A stretch of DNA of 64,000 nt from Octopus vulgaris (Eukaryota), in contig OX597820.1 of the NCBI GenBank assembly GCA_951406725.2, positions 49,972,001 to 50,036,000 of the forward strand, given 5' to 3'. Positions 40,836-55,419 of the stretch are shown piece after piece. A model generated the notes under the pieces. The model made no database searches and had not been told where the DNA came from. It saw only the letters and a list, made by a program, of their open reading frames with translations. Position 1 is the stretch's first letter. Every line of letters starts with the position of its first letter. The position numbers were made by a program, and so were the translations under genes.

Positions 40836-41060
40836 TTGTGTGTATATGTTTGTGTGTCTGTGTTTGTCCCCCCAACATCGCTTGAGAACCTATACTGGTG
40901 TGTTTACGTCTCCGTAACTTAGCGGTTCGGCAAAAGAGACCGATAGAATAAGTACTAGGCTTACAAAGAACACGTCCTGGGGTCGATTTACTCGACTAAA
41001 GGCGGTGCTCCAGCATGGCCACAGTCAAATGACTGAAAGAAGTAAAAGAGTAAAAAGAGT
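40634..41060 (+). mobile_element. SINE family B
   Basis: Full-length match, with ATACAT on both flanks. Confidence 0.9.
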
Positions 41061-41368
41061 ATACATCGCCCGGTTTAACACCACAACGTGCTCTTTCGGT
41101 GACTTCAACGAAATCCACTCCTTTGTAAGCAGTCAGACCAGATCTCAGGCTGGAGACCACTTTCGTCTTCCCCTTCCACCATAGATGGAAGCCCTGTAAA
41201 GAGGCAAAAGTACTGTCAACCTTCCCTCCTGACTAAAATCAAATATATTTAATCTCACAGAAAACCAACACGATCATATTCAAACTGCTTTGAAACAGAT
41301 AAAATAACATACAGTCTCTCTCTTGCTCTCTCCCAACCTCTCTCTCTCTCTCTCGCTCTCTCTCCCCA

Positions 41369-41404
<36 letters not shown>

Positions 41405-42325
41405 CTCTCTCACACAAACATTCCCACACAACACAAAAATGTCAACAAGAGAGTTTCTGTGTAGTCAATGGATATGCTGGAAATAGCAGTCAATTTTCTC
41501 TTAATTGTACACTATTCTGTTGGAAAAAAAGAAGCATTTATGTATACTAAGCCTTTGCACATTAACCATTTGATATCAATATATTAGTATCTTATAGAGA
41601 CGAAGTATTTCGATATTCACCCATAATATACTATAAAGTATATTAAACGTTATTATAAGTCAATACCTTGTCCAGCTGTGTTAGCAGTGCGCTTTACATC
41701 ACTCAACAGATATTCCATAGAAATTATAGCCGGCCTTCATTTTTTCCCGACGTTTCGTATCCGAGACGTCAGGTGTAAAACAATATCAATAGTGTTCATG
41801 CGTTCATCCTTTAGACTCCATACCTGTTAACAACGTTGCATGCGATTCGTTTTTCTTAATACCTGGGTGAGCATGTTTCAAGAAATATCTCTTGTAGTTG
41901 CCTTTTCATATGTCGATATTGATGATCTTCATTTCCAAGTATTTACGTGTGGCACCATTACAGCTCTATAAACAATGAATTTTTTTCTCTCTTTTGTACA
42001 ACAATGGCATCCAGATTCCGGAATGTTTTTTTTTTTTTTTTCTTTGCCTTTGTAACTAACTTTAAAGTTGTATCTATGAAATAGCTCATGATACATGAAG
42101 CTGGTTGGGAACTACGCTCTGATTGATACCAAGTAGTTCTTAGGCTCATTAGTTGCTACATGATCATTTAAAGAATATGTTGTTACTCTTCCTGAATTTC
42201 CTGACAGGATGTTGTCGATAAAGTGAACATTATTAAAGGTACCCGAGTGTATAGAGAAAACTTTATACCCGGTAACATGTTACTCAAACAGGACGAGAAA
42301 ATATAAGCTGATACACATGTTGATA

Positions 42326-42633
42326 GCGGAGGCACATGGCCTAGTGGGTTAGAGCAGCGGACTTGCGGTCGAGGGATCGCGGGTTCGAATCTCAGACCGG
42401 GCGATATATGTGTTTATGAGCGAAACACCCAAGCTCCATGTGGCTCTGGCAGAAGGTAATGGCGAACTTCTGCTGACTATTTCGCCACAACTTTTTCTCA
42501 CTCTTTTCTCCTGCATCTTGCAGCTCACCTACGACGGACTGGCGTCCCGTCCAGGTGGGGAACCAATACACCAAGGAAACCGGGAAACTGGCCCTTATGA
42601 GCCAGGCGTGGCTTGAGAAGGAACAAAACAAAA
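42326..42633 (+). mobile_element. tRNA-derived SINE (OR-like head), tail type 4 with a Meta/V-like domain
   Basis: A/B boxes TGGCCTAGTGG and GGTTCGAATC. Tail ACCTACGACGGACTGGCGTCCCGTCCAGG...GGAAACCGGGAAACT. TSD ACATGT(T/G)GATA at 42315-42325 and 42634-42644. Confidence 0.85.
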
Positions 42634-43004
42634 ACATGTGGATATAGTTTGTTTGCATTAATAGAATTTTTTTCATGCACACGGTGTCCCTGAGAAATGA
42701 ACTTCAGTATTAAATATTATGAACAAGCTAATTTATATACCTATTCAAGTACAGTGATTTAAACCCATTTAATGATTAACATGTCATTACTTCGATATAT
42801 GCAGTGGTCACTGTGCCATGCTGAGGAGAGCTAATAATATCGAAACGTGACAACAATTCTCTCACGGCATGTTGAAATGATTAAACGGCCATTAATTATT
42901 GAAGTAATGCTCATTTCTAAATAGAATGTTTGATAAATGTTCTACTGAAATATTTTAATAATTTCAATTTTATGAGTGTGTGGGTGAGTATATGTCTGTT
43001 AATA

Positions 43005-43067
<63 letters not shown>

Positions 43068-43246
43068 ATCTATCTATCTATCATTAATTGGTAGAAATAA
43101 CTGAGTGATTCAAGTACTGAAAGTTTCGTGCGTTAGCACCTACGAACTAGTTACAAATCAAGGATCAAATTATAAAATCTGTTACAATGTTACGGGGATA
43201 ATTCACGTGTATAATTCATATTTTTCAAACAGCTTGCCCGTTACGC

Positions 43247-43318
<72 letters not shown>

Positions 43319-43743
43319 TTAATCAATATAGGGTAGCAAAAAATTCAGCAGAAATTATTTTGCTACCAGCGGTCTAGTGAGAAAAAAGGAAATAGTCAGA
43401 GACTATTTATTTGCTGCCGATAAATTGGCGCGAGTACGATGATTTTGAAAATTTTAGGTTAGATATTGCCGAAGCGGTAGTGGTGCTGCCTCGTGTAAAT
43501 ATCTCTCCCTCCTGGCTTACTTTACTGATGAATCTGTTGGCCTATGGAAGATTAGCTTGATTTAATTTAATCAGGCTAATTTACCATTAAAAAACGATGA
43601 AACAATGCATTGTATAAAGTGAAACAGGGTAAATGTTTTTTAATTTTCTCCTGATTTACGGAATTACTACTATTTTGCGGTTGAAGCCTTGGCTGTTATT
43701 TCTAGTGGGTTGAACGGCCTATTATGGCCGTTCCTAAATTTTG

Positions 43744-43799
<56 letters not shown>

Positions 43800-44169
43800 A
43801 GAGAGAGATAGAGAGAGAGAGAGAGAAATGGGGGCTATACACTAGACATTTATTAAACTGTTATTTCATATTATTCTGCCCCGTCCGTCTGACCCTCGTA
43901 TATGTTTGTGTGTCTATACATAAAAGTATGAGTGCATGCGAGGATTTGTCGATATTCCCATGCGTGTCTGAATATAGTGCATGTTCATATGAGTGTGCGC
44001 GTTTTTGTTTGAGTATGTATATACGTTTATGTGCGGGTATCTACTTGCCTGAATATATACACACGCGCACACATATACATATATAATTGGTAGAAGTAAC
44101 AGAGTGACTCCGGTACTGAGAGTTTCATCCGTTAGCATTTAACAAAATAGATACAAATCAAAATCATAC

Positions 44170-44330
44170 ATTACACTCTCAAAGTGGTTGGTATTAGGAA
44201 GGACATCCAGTTGTAGAAACCATGCCAAATCAGACTGGAGTTTGGTGTAGCTCCTCCTCAGGTTGCCAGCTCTGGTTAAACCGTTCAACCCTTGCCAGCA
44301 TGGACAGCGGACGCTAAATGTTGATGATAA
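44170..44330 (+). mobile_element. SINE/LINE-tail fragment (family D)
   Basis: GTGGTTGGTATTAGGAAGGACATCCAGTTGTAGAAACC...GCCAGCATGGACAGCGGACGCTAAATG followed by a degenerate (ATG)n tail. Confidence 0.55.
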
Positions 44331-44356
44331 TATATATATATATGTGTGTGTGTGTA

Positions 44357-44456
<100 letters not shown>

Positions 44457-44920
44457 TGTGTGTGCGCGTGTAGTGAAAATTGCGTCTAATGGCATAATGC
44501 AATACACATATGCAATATGTGTCAGCTGTTAAGATACGAATTATGCTTGGCAATGAAGAGGTTTTTGGTTCGATACTCGTGGGTAGCTTTTTACGTCGAC
44601 ACGAATCTTCTATAATTCTGTCGTATATATCGCGCGTCGTTATTCTCGCCAAATTTTACTTTAATAGTTCAAGTTATGGGTGGAATACTAATTCAATTTA
44701 ACATTAGATTCTCCAGTTAACAGAATTGGATACTCATCGTCGAAATTGACGGAGGCACCACCGTTATCTTGTATGTTTATATACACGCACACACTTATAT
44801 GCGTAAACACATATATACAAATAACAGTGCGTTGTGTGAGAATGTGTGCATTGATGCGTGCATATGTAAACATGCACGTATCTGTTTTTGGCTGTCAGAA
44901 TGACATATGTGTTTCTGGAT

Positions 44921-44994
<74 letters not shown>

Positions 44995-45104
44995 TGAGTG
45001 TGTGCGTGTGTGTGTGTGTTCATTCATATCAGTGCGTCTGAATTTTTCTGCATATGCCTGTGTATGTATTTTGTATGTATTTGTATTTTTCGTACTTATA
45101 AGGG

Positions 45105-45137
<33 letters not shown>

Positions 45138-46543
45138 ATGTGTGTTGCTTTTGTGATGTGATTGTGGCAGTGTATAGAATATGACAATATGTCTTATACT
45201 TATACACGTATACGTATGCTAGTTTCCTTGGAACTTTATCTGTTGCTCGATTAATTCGATGGACCACACAAGAAGTGTCAGTTTGCTAAACGTAACTTTG
45301 CCAACTCAAGGGCATATATTGCTATGTCGCTTCATTTGTGTCACATACGAAAACACTAAGCAGCACCACCATAGACACTATAACCGTTGTGCCGTTGTGT
45401 CTTTAACTAACGCAAAATGAAGCACACAACAAAGTGCATCGAAATAATAATCTCCAGAAATTGCCGTAATTCAAATCACAGAATTACATATATAAGAGTG
45501 CTCAAACTTTCACAATACTAAAATCCATTATAAACATGCTCAAAATCACCAACATAATCACCAATATCGTTGCAAAGATGATATATGTGTAAGTGTGTAA
45601 CTAACTCATATTCTACCTTTCTTGTACATAAGTATTAATTTTCAATAAATACTGGCGCAAACACCCACAAAATACCTTTTTTTTATAGTCACTAACGTTT
45701 TTGCTTTAATCCTGCATTAGAAGAGTCCTTTCGCATATCGTATTTTTGTTATTACACGAGTTCCCATTGTTCATATATATTTTTATATTTAATATAAATT
45801 TAGTGTATATATATCTCCATATGACGTGATGCTAAAAATAATGAAATACATACAAACAACATTATTACACGTGAGCACTTAGCTTGTATAGACAAGCATT
45901 CAAATTCTGTAAACAACATGCAATACTTCCGCATATATATATATATATACATGTGTGTGTGTGTATCTCATCGTATTCATATCCGTAATCACTACCAAAA
46001 AACACCTTCATAAAGTACACTGAAAATGTTATATTAAAAAAAACTGATCAAACGCCAGTGTAATCACCGCATCATACAATGCCATAAAATCAGAGTAAAC
46101 ACCACTATAAACATTATCACAAGTACTACCGTAAACAGCGTGAACACCACTGCAAACTCTTTTATCAAATACCACGGTAACTACCGCATTAAGACACCAT
46201 AATATATACCACTACCACCATCACCATGAAACAACCAAAATCAACACTGTAAAAATCAGCGTAAGCAACACTTTAAGCACCACCGCCAAACACCAACATA
46301 AACATTACATTATACACTACCATTAACAAAACCTCAAACGCCAGGTTTTACTCAACTATTTTAGACAAATTTTGTACATGCATTTTGCACTACAGTGCGC
46401 AAAGTGGAATGAATTTGTATGCTGAGGTAAAAAGAGAAGTGCAACGCTTCGTAAAAATCATTTTGTTGGCGATAAAATGCTTATTCAGAAAAGTGAACAA
46501 ATATATTAGATGTGGCGTGAAAAGGAGAAAAAAAAGAAATATG

Positions 46544-46621
<78 letters not shown>

Positions 46622-47019
46622 AGGTTAAATGAATGTACTCTAAGGCGTTTATCAGAAAGTAGATTTACAAAGATACAAATTTTATAAGAAAACATATTAC
46701 AATGTAGCATAAAGAGATTTCGCTACAATTTCTACCAGATCAAGAGCCCACGGAAGCTCTACGTGGTCTCTCAAACTTGAACAAATATCAGTCAAATATT
46801 CCGCAAATAACATGGAACTGATCTTTAAAAACATGACATCATATTATATTATGTGGTCCTCTATATGTACCAAAGTTTAATAAATATAAACTGCCATTTA
46901 AGCTGTTGAGGCCTGAAAAAAAAAAAAAATAGACGCTTGGGGCGAGAAACTGTATAGCAATGAATTGAATCACAAACTTGGAACAAATAAATATATATAC
47001 TCCAATATACGTTATGCAA

Positions 47020-47253
<234 letters not shown>

Positions 47254-47699
47254 GTAGAAGATATTTTTTAAAATTTGGGTAGTTAATATTTTATGGAGGT
47301 TTTTTTTTTATAGTCTTGTTGGTGAACGATTTTGAAATATCTTGTTGCACCTCCACTGATTCAGAAATAAATACTTTGAAAAAGTATATAAAATTAGTAA
47401 AATTTATTTACTTTTCACATTCGGCAGTCTGTTATTGTTGTCGATGTTATTTTTGATAGCTGTTGATGAGTTGTGGGTAACACACAGTTTATCCTAGTAT
47501 TGCATTTAAGCATTGTTTTAATGTTAATATTTAAATAAGAGACAAAGATAAAGCAAAGAAACTGTACATAGATATCTATTGCTCTATACCATTCTCTTGC
47601 CCCATATAAACACATATAAACCTTCCCACCACCCTTCATAGTGTGTTACCGCCCAGTTTGAGAAGCACTACTTTTGACACCGCGGCATAAATACTTCAA

Positions 47700-48150
47700 C
47701 ACCACTTAATTCACCTAGAAACCAGACTCTACAATAAGACCCAAAGAAGCAATTCCCAGATCCACTGTCTCCCTCCATACCAGCAACCCCAAAGAATATC
47801 AAATAAATCAAACGCAACACTCCGCAATACAAATCTACCACACATACAGAAGACGAAAATACTAGGAGTTATATACAACTGCTGTATAACACTCAGAACA
47901 CACAGAACATAGCGGAGAAAGCAATACGGTGTATGTATATGCGGAGAGCAATCTTGAATGCAACAACTGGTAACAAAGGGCGTCCACCTAACTGAGCGCC
48001 TATCTCTTCGTATCAATCTGCGATAAACTGCAAAGTACACGAAACAGTGCACTATCTGTTACAAGCTGTATACAGAACATGAGTGCTGGTCACTTGCACA
48101 ACAAAATATAGATACTAATAATAACTAACTGACTGCATATGCAGGTGCAT
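47700..48150 (+). mobile_element. Decayed I/Jockey-group LINE, RT C-terminal region
   Basis: Frameshifted KTKILGVIYN..T...QNIAEKA and DKLQSTRNSAL.VTSCIQNMSAGHLHNK motifs. Confidence 0.6.
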
Positions 48151-48543
48151 GTTCGCTGCTACTGCAAGTTTCAATCCAATATAATTTACTTGGACATGTA
48201 AGGGGTACAATTTGCTGTTCGATCCTGAAATTGCATGAAAAGTCTGCTTCAGATACTGAGGCACCAATATAAACGATACCGTACAGCTGAAACAATATCC
48301 TATGCAGGGCCATTTCTTTTATTTAGTATGGACAAACTCTAAAAAAAGGAAAACAAAAAAATAGGAGCACAAAAGTAACCGTATATCTTTGAGAACATGT
48401 TTGTGTATAAATGTTGATATATATATATAACGAAACTGGCCCCGAACACTGTGGTGTAATACCCGCGCCACCACTAATAGTTCAAGGGGCAATAAACTTT
48501 ACATTATATGGCCGAATCAAATTTGCTGCTTCTGTTGTTGAGC

Positions 48544-48924
48544 GTTGTTGTTGCTGTTGAGCGAACGGTCTTCGTCCCAGAGCTCGCAAGATGGGAGATC
48601 CGAAACGGGGTCCTTTGCTATTCGTAAGACCCGCAGAAGAGAAAGCAGGTCAACCCCCGATACCGAGAGCATTGACGGATGGATGAATGCGCATCCAGGC
48701 TCAGCGGTTGCATAGGAAGTCGGGGACAGGAAACAGGATGAAAGAGTGAGAGAAAGTTTGAGCGAAAGAGTACAACTGGGGTCGCCACCACCCACTGCCG
48801 GAGCCTCGTGGAGCTTTAGGTGCTTTCGCTCAATAAACACACACAACGCCCGATCTGGGAATCGAAACCGCAATCCTCCGACCGCGAGTCCGCTGCCCTA
48901 AACATTGAGTCATCGCGCCTCCAC
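48544..48924 (-). mobile_element. tRNA-Arg-derived SINE (OR-like head), tail type 3
   Basis: Same head of about 190 bp, with a third distinct tail ending in (CAA)n. Confidence 0.85.
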
Positions 48925-49199
48925 TGGTGCTTTTGTTGTACCACAATCAATACGAGTGCATTTGGAAATGGAAAGAACAAAGGAGAAATTGCAACCAGTC
49001 CAGATTGTTATACAAAATTCGACTTTGGGAACCACATTTTGCAACATATCTAGAACGGCACACGATTCTGGGGATGTAGGTGCGACGTTGCTCGTTGTTT
49101 GGCAAACTATCTCAGAAGAATAAGGGCCTATACGATTAGAACTGATTTAAAGTGGTACAAAAATAACTGATACAGAAAAAGGAAAGAAATCATACAAGC

Positions 49200-49482
49200 G
49201 TGTGTGTATGCACACATATACATATGTATTATATATACATATATATGTATATGTGTGCGTGTGTTTATATGTATGTATGTATATATGCATATATGCATAT
49301 ACACGTATGTATATATATATATATATATATATACATACGTACGTACATATATTTGTGTGCGATACCTAAATATACGTGTATGTATGCATAGTCTGCAAGA
49401 AAGTTTTAGCATTGTTATGAAAAATAAAGAACCATTTCAGAATCTCTCTCTTCCTCTCTCTCTCTATCTCCCCTCTCTCTCT

Positions 49483-49514
<32 letters not shown>

Positions 49515-49549
49515 TTATATCCTCATTTCTATGTTTTTCCTCTCACTAT

Positions 49550-49584
<35 letters not shown>

Positions 49585-49676
49585 CACATATACACATATA
49601 TATATACACACACTCACACACATATAAATTTATGTATATATATATATATATATGTGTATACACACACACACACATA

Positions 49677-49728
<52 letters not shown>

Positions 49729-50212
49729 TATATATATGTACGTATGTATCCATATGTATACATGCTTTATATATATATGTGGGTGGGGGGTGCGTGCGAG
49801 TATGTGCGCGTCTACATGTGTGTGTATGCGTATACACTTTGGATAAACAAAAGTTGGTAAATAGGCACATGTGTTTCTATAGCAGAAGTTAGTAATCAGG
49901 TGACATTATGGAATGTGTTCAACTAACTGTCAACACAATTTTCATGACATCCAATGTTTTGTGTTACAGTCAAGACATTGCTGTTTGTACAACTGAATAG
50001 CATTATATAGCTTAGGCACATACAGCCATCCATGCATATATATATATTCATACACGCACACACATATACACGTAGACACGAGACATTAAAACAGACACAA
50101 CGCCGAAGGAACAGATGCACTCACAAAATGACTGGAACACATGCATAAATATGAATGTATCTCTGTATCTGTAAATGCGTGTATATGTATGCATATGTAT
50201 GCATGAATGTAC

Positions 50213-50266
<54 letters not shown>

Positions 50267-50341
50267 GTATATATATATATGTATATGTATATATATGTAT
50301 ATATGTATATATATATATAAGTATATATATATGCATATATG

Positions 50342-50384
<43 letters not shown>

Positions 50385-50690
50385 GAATATATATATATAT
50401 GTATATATGTATATATATGTATGTATATATATATGTGTGTGTCTGTGTCTGTGTCTCTGTTTGTATGTATATGCATATCTTTGGGAGCATGTTTGTGTAT
50501 AAATGTTTATATATATACAAACATGATAAATATATACATATATACACACATATACTTACGCAGATAGATTTTTATGTCTATGTATATATATATGTACGTA
50601 TGTATGCATGTATGTATGTGTGTGTGTATGTGTGTGCGTTTGTGTATGTATGTATATGTATGTATATTTATATTTATATTTAACGCATAG
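49200..50690. repeat. Extended degenerate (TA)/(CA)/(TATG) microsatellite field
   Basis: Direct reading of the sequence. Confidence 0.9.
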
Positions 50691-51042
50691 TTACACATAA
50701 GGAATATTAAATGGATATATACGCTTTAAACACACTAACCTACCATTCCATTTACATTTAAAAAACGTTCGTGTCCCACCACCCTCTAGCCTGTATGCTT
50801 TCTTACGCTGTGTGTGTGTGTGTATGTTTGTGTGGTATGTGTGTTTATGTGTATATCAGGTGAGTGTTTGTATCTGTATGTATGTTTATATAAAAATAGT
50901 AAGATTTATTAGATTGCAAAAGATACGAATCTAACCATGAATTATTTTCTGAGATTTAACTTTAGTTTTGGGTGCAAGCAGATACGATCCTGATACTAAA
51001 CTTAGCAAGAAAGTTCAGTATATTAATAATATATGTGCCAAC

Positions 51043-51243
51043 CTTTATACAACCAATTATTGTCAACAGTATGTCAGATAGTGTTTTCAGTTTCGCAGCA
51101 TTCTCCACTTTCTTCCGAATATCAGAGTTAAGGAAGTCTGTTTGGCCCATCGCTTGCCCCGAGCAACAAAATAAGGTGTCGCTTGTAATCCACGATGAAA
51201 TGCCCGAAATCGTGTGACAAATATTTGCCCCATTCTCGTCACT
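51043..51243 (-). other. Candidate first exon
   Basis: Starts at the Inr A (51243) and ends at AAG/GTTGGC, after which the sequence becomes AT-rich. Contains ATG 51150 (MGQTDFLNSDIRKKVENAAKLKTLSDILLTIIGCIK, phase 0). Confidence 0.3.
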
Positions 51244-51275
51244 GAGCGAAACTCATTTTATTGCCTCCTTTTATA
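51241..51275 (-). promoter_or_regulatory. Candidate Pol II core promoter (TATA + Inr)
   Basis: TATAAAAGG with its first T at -32 from the A of TCAGT. Lies in a CpG-richer unique island with CCAAT (51520-51524) and a GC box GCCCCGCC (51545-51552) upstream. Confidence 0.5.
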
Positions 51276-52018
51276 TCTGACGAAGAAATACGTCGAACAG
51301 TTTTCATTGCCGGGTATCTTAGACTGTCCACCGCAGCTCTCATAAAGGAACCTTTGAGCTTCATGCTGGAAAAATGATCTAGCATTCTTCTTCTCGCTTG
51401 TAGCATGTCAGTGCATGCATCCTTAAATTTATTCAATAGCACCCCATGCAATCTATTTCCCTTTGTTTCTCACTAAACAATATCAATTTTATTTTAACCG
51501 ACCTCTTCAGCGCCATCCACCAATGGCTTTCGAAATTGCATCTCGCCCCGCCTCGCCAAATAGCACTAAGCTAATTCACAAATCCAGATCCAGTAGGATT
51601 TGCGTGCCGTGAACGAAACATTCAGCTTCCTGTAACCGGGTCATTCGCTAAGCGCTCTTTCTAGGTCGAACGTGCAGATCACAAATTTGCAGTCTGTATA
51701 ATACTGAAGATAATCATCATAATAATGCTGGTGTTTTTATTGCTAATAATTTCTATATTTTTATTTCTATTCTAGCGTATTTTGTGTAGACGTTTTCGCC
51801 TTAATATACCGTAAATAATGAGTGAGTGTATGTGTTGAATTTAAGGGGTAAATGAATACAAACATGCATACATACATACACACATACATACATACAAACA
51901 TACACACACATACATGCATACATACATACGTATACACATACTTAAGTATGCATTATGTATGTACGTCTGTGTATATATGTGTATGTATATGTATATATGT
52001 GTATGTATTTGTGTGTGT

Positions 52019-52074
<56 letters not shown>

Positions 52075-52673
52075 ACGTGCGTATGAGTGTACTGTGGTTA
52101 TGTAGGAAAAAAGAGAAAGCGAGTAGGAAAGAATGAAAAACAAAACTAGCAATTGAATAAATACAACTAAGCGTTGATGGGCCAGTTGTCTGACTGACTG
52201 GCCATAATTCGTAGATAGATGACTAAACAGTTGGTATGATGAATAATTATCCAAACAACTGGTGTGTTCGCTTCAAATGAATCTAATCGTCTTGGCATGC
52301 TAGTCTTGTAAGGATAAACACATCTTATCCCATTGCTAGTTCCAAAGATGCGTCCTTCCTCTCTTTCTTTCAGTGCATTTCATCTTATTGTGGAGACTGT
52401 TAGTAGCATAACGTAGTTGAATATACATGTACGTTTGTAATGTATGTATTCGAACACACATAGATACACACAAATACACCTCCACGCACACACACGCACA
52501 TATATATGATTATGCGTCAGTAAATACACACACACACACATGTTTGTATGTATATGTGTATAGAAACATTTATATAAATATATGTGCATGTATATGTATG
52601 TATAAATATATATATGTATATATAAATATATGTATATGTTTATATATATATATGTATGTATGTATATATATCT

Positions 52674-52749
<76 letters not shown>

Positions 52750-54429
52750 TTACGTATATGAATATGTACGTATTACGCACACACATACAAACGCATATAC
52801 ATATAGATACATGTATATCTAATTGTCTGTGTTGTGCGTGTGCATCTGTGTGTGTATGTGTGTGTTTATGTGTTTGAGTGTCTGTGCATATATATTGTGT
52901 GTGTGTGTGTGTAATTGTAGGTATTTGAAATTTCAATGACTCAGAGTGACCAGTAGTATAATTCCGGACGAATAATATAGACAAAATGTCCACAGAAAAT
53001 AGATACTTATACGTATATATATATATTAAAAGTAACACATATATCTAGGCCTGGACATAAAACTATTTGTATTTAGTAGTAAATTAGTAGTGAAATTATA
53101 TATGCATATAATGACTTCATCAACAGATGAACAAAGAGAATTCGTAACTGATCATTACAACTTATATAACAAAAGTTATTGTAAACTGCTAAAATGTAAA
53201 TTTCAAATTGCATCCGTTTGGTTGTAAAACCTAATAATTCAGAATATTTGATAACTCGAATATAGCATTAAAACTGAAATATTACACAGGCGGCAAATTA
53301 ACAGATTCACCAAAGCGCTCGTTATGAATGTCTCATTATTTATATCGATACTTTTTCGCTGGAAGATCAAATCTAAGCAAGGTTAAATTTGCTTTTCAGA
53401 CACTTGAGGTCGGTCGTGAAAAATGTCCCTCCAGTTCACTGGGGCAGTGTAAGAAGACCAAATATAAATCTATGTTTCTAGCAGTTATAGAGCAGTAACA
53501 TTATATTTGTATGTAATGGCATCATTAACAGGTGAGCAGAAGAGAAAGTACAACTGAAAATTATAGTTTTTATGGCGATGGCTATCGCAAGGTGAACACC
53601 TTGCGATAATTTTAACACTTGCGTGAATTTTAAATTTCGTCTGTTGATTGTTGAACTGTACATTCAAGAGTGCTTGACCACCCCATTTTTGCATTAAAAT
53701 CGAAAGTCAATCGAGGTGACAAATTAGGAAGCTCATCAGAGCTTTCGATTGAATACGCTCGGGTTAATTTTGTCCTTCAAATATTTGAAGTCAACAAAAT
53801 TGCTTCGACGATCTCCAGTAGCAGCGGATTGACGGAACTATATAAGGGGTATTTCTTTGCTATTTGTATATTGAATTTAAACCCCGCTTTGATCTATTTT
53901 GGTGACACACTTAATCCGTCTTCCGGATTACTTCTACCACCGAAATAATGAACCAAATACTATCAAACAACTATGAATTGTTGTGACAACCATGCTGAGG
54001 CTGTTCCAACATGATTGCAATCCAATTAGGAAAACAATGTGATAGGATTGTAACGATATAAAACTGCATGTAACATTGCTGAAATTAGAAAGAACGTCTC
54101 GTTGCAGGTTGGTGAATAATCAACTGCAGACAAATGGATTACCCTTTAGGGTGAAGAAAAGGCGGATAAATTAAAGATGTCTGAAATTAGTTTTGGATGT
54201 TATGACTGAAGAAAACGGATTTACATCTCCATTGTTACATACATATTTCTATGCGAGGATGTGTGCGTGCGTGTGGGCGGGCATGTGTTTCCTTGTGTAT
54301 GCGCGCATGTTGTTCTTTGTATATAGGGTACTGTTTTCCTTGAGTATGCGCGGACGCGTGTGTATATATATGTGTGTGTGTGTGAGTATATATATACATA
54401 CCTACATATATATACATGAATATATATAT

Positions 54430-54692
54430 GTATATATACATGCATATATGGGTATAGGACATAAAAAAAAACCTTGAACACAATGAGAAACGAAAACATA
54501 AAAACAAAATCATAGGAAACGAACTTTTTTTCGAACAACGAAAAAGAAAATCAAACAGAAACGAGACATGCAACATAAAGAATATTCCCCTCGAAAAAGA
54601 GTTCGTTTTCTATGTTTTTGTTTTTATGTTTTCGTTTTTCATTGTGTTCAATATTTTTTGATGTCCTGTACCCATATATCCATGTATATATG
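54430..54692. repeat. Foldback element with about 105-bp arms and a 57-nt spacer, inserted in (TA)n
   Basis: TATATGGGTATAGGACAT...TTGAACACAATGAGAAACGAAAACATAAAAACAAAATCATAGGAAACGAACTTTTTTTCGA matches its reverse complement at 54591-54692. Confidence 0.9.
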
Positions 54693-54777
54693 CATATATT
54701 TATATATTATTTATATTATCATATGATCGAACGCCACGCATCCTTTTCCAAGTAAGTTTTATCTCTCTCTCTCTCTT

Positions 54778-54847
<70 letters not shown>

Positions 54848-55419
54848 CGTGCGTGTGTGTGTGTGTATGTGTGTGTGTTTGTGTGTATATGTGTATAGAA
54901 ACGTGTATGAGTGTCTGTATATTTGAGAATTTTCTTGGTTTACATGTAAATCTATGCATTGCATGCCAAAAGTAAAAAAGAAACATATATATCCTATAGA
55001 CTTATTTTATATATATCTAGATACGTACGATACATACATACTTAATCATACATTCATATATACATACATATATGTTTATATGTGTGTGTGTAAGTACATT
55101 CATGAAGGGAGAGGCAAGGAGAGAGAGAAAGAGAGTGAGAGTGAGAGAGAGAGAGAGAGGGCAAGAGGAAGTCGACATTCAGTATAGATAGAATAACGCT
55201 ATATAATTTTATTCTTACAGGTAACCAGGCATAAGTTTTTGCTTAGGTTAGAGAACAATATCTGTGCAAATAGCGACGTAAGTAAAGATTAAAAAAGAAA
55301 AGGTGGTGTGGTATGCAATGTTTAACATAAACTAATGCGGCTAGTAGTGTAAGTCTACAAAAGATGAGTGAGTGTGAAAACGATGTTAATGTTATTTTAC
55401 ATCCACTCCAAGGCAACTT

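Noticed and set aside
40100-41300. Possible LINE endonuclease/RT relic (GDFNE, LTENQH) around a SINE
   Set aside because: The motifs are too short and decayed to annotate with confidence.
51239-51451. 70-aa ORF MHGVLLNKFK...
   Set aside because: It has a non-ATG start, no recognisable domain, and overlaps the candidate TATA/Inr. It is more simply promoter sequence.
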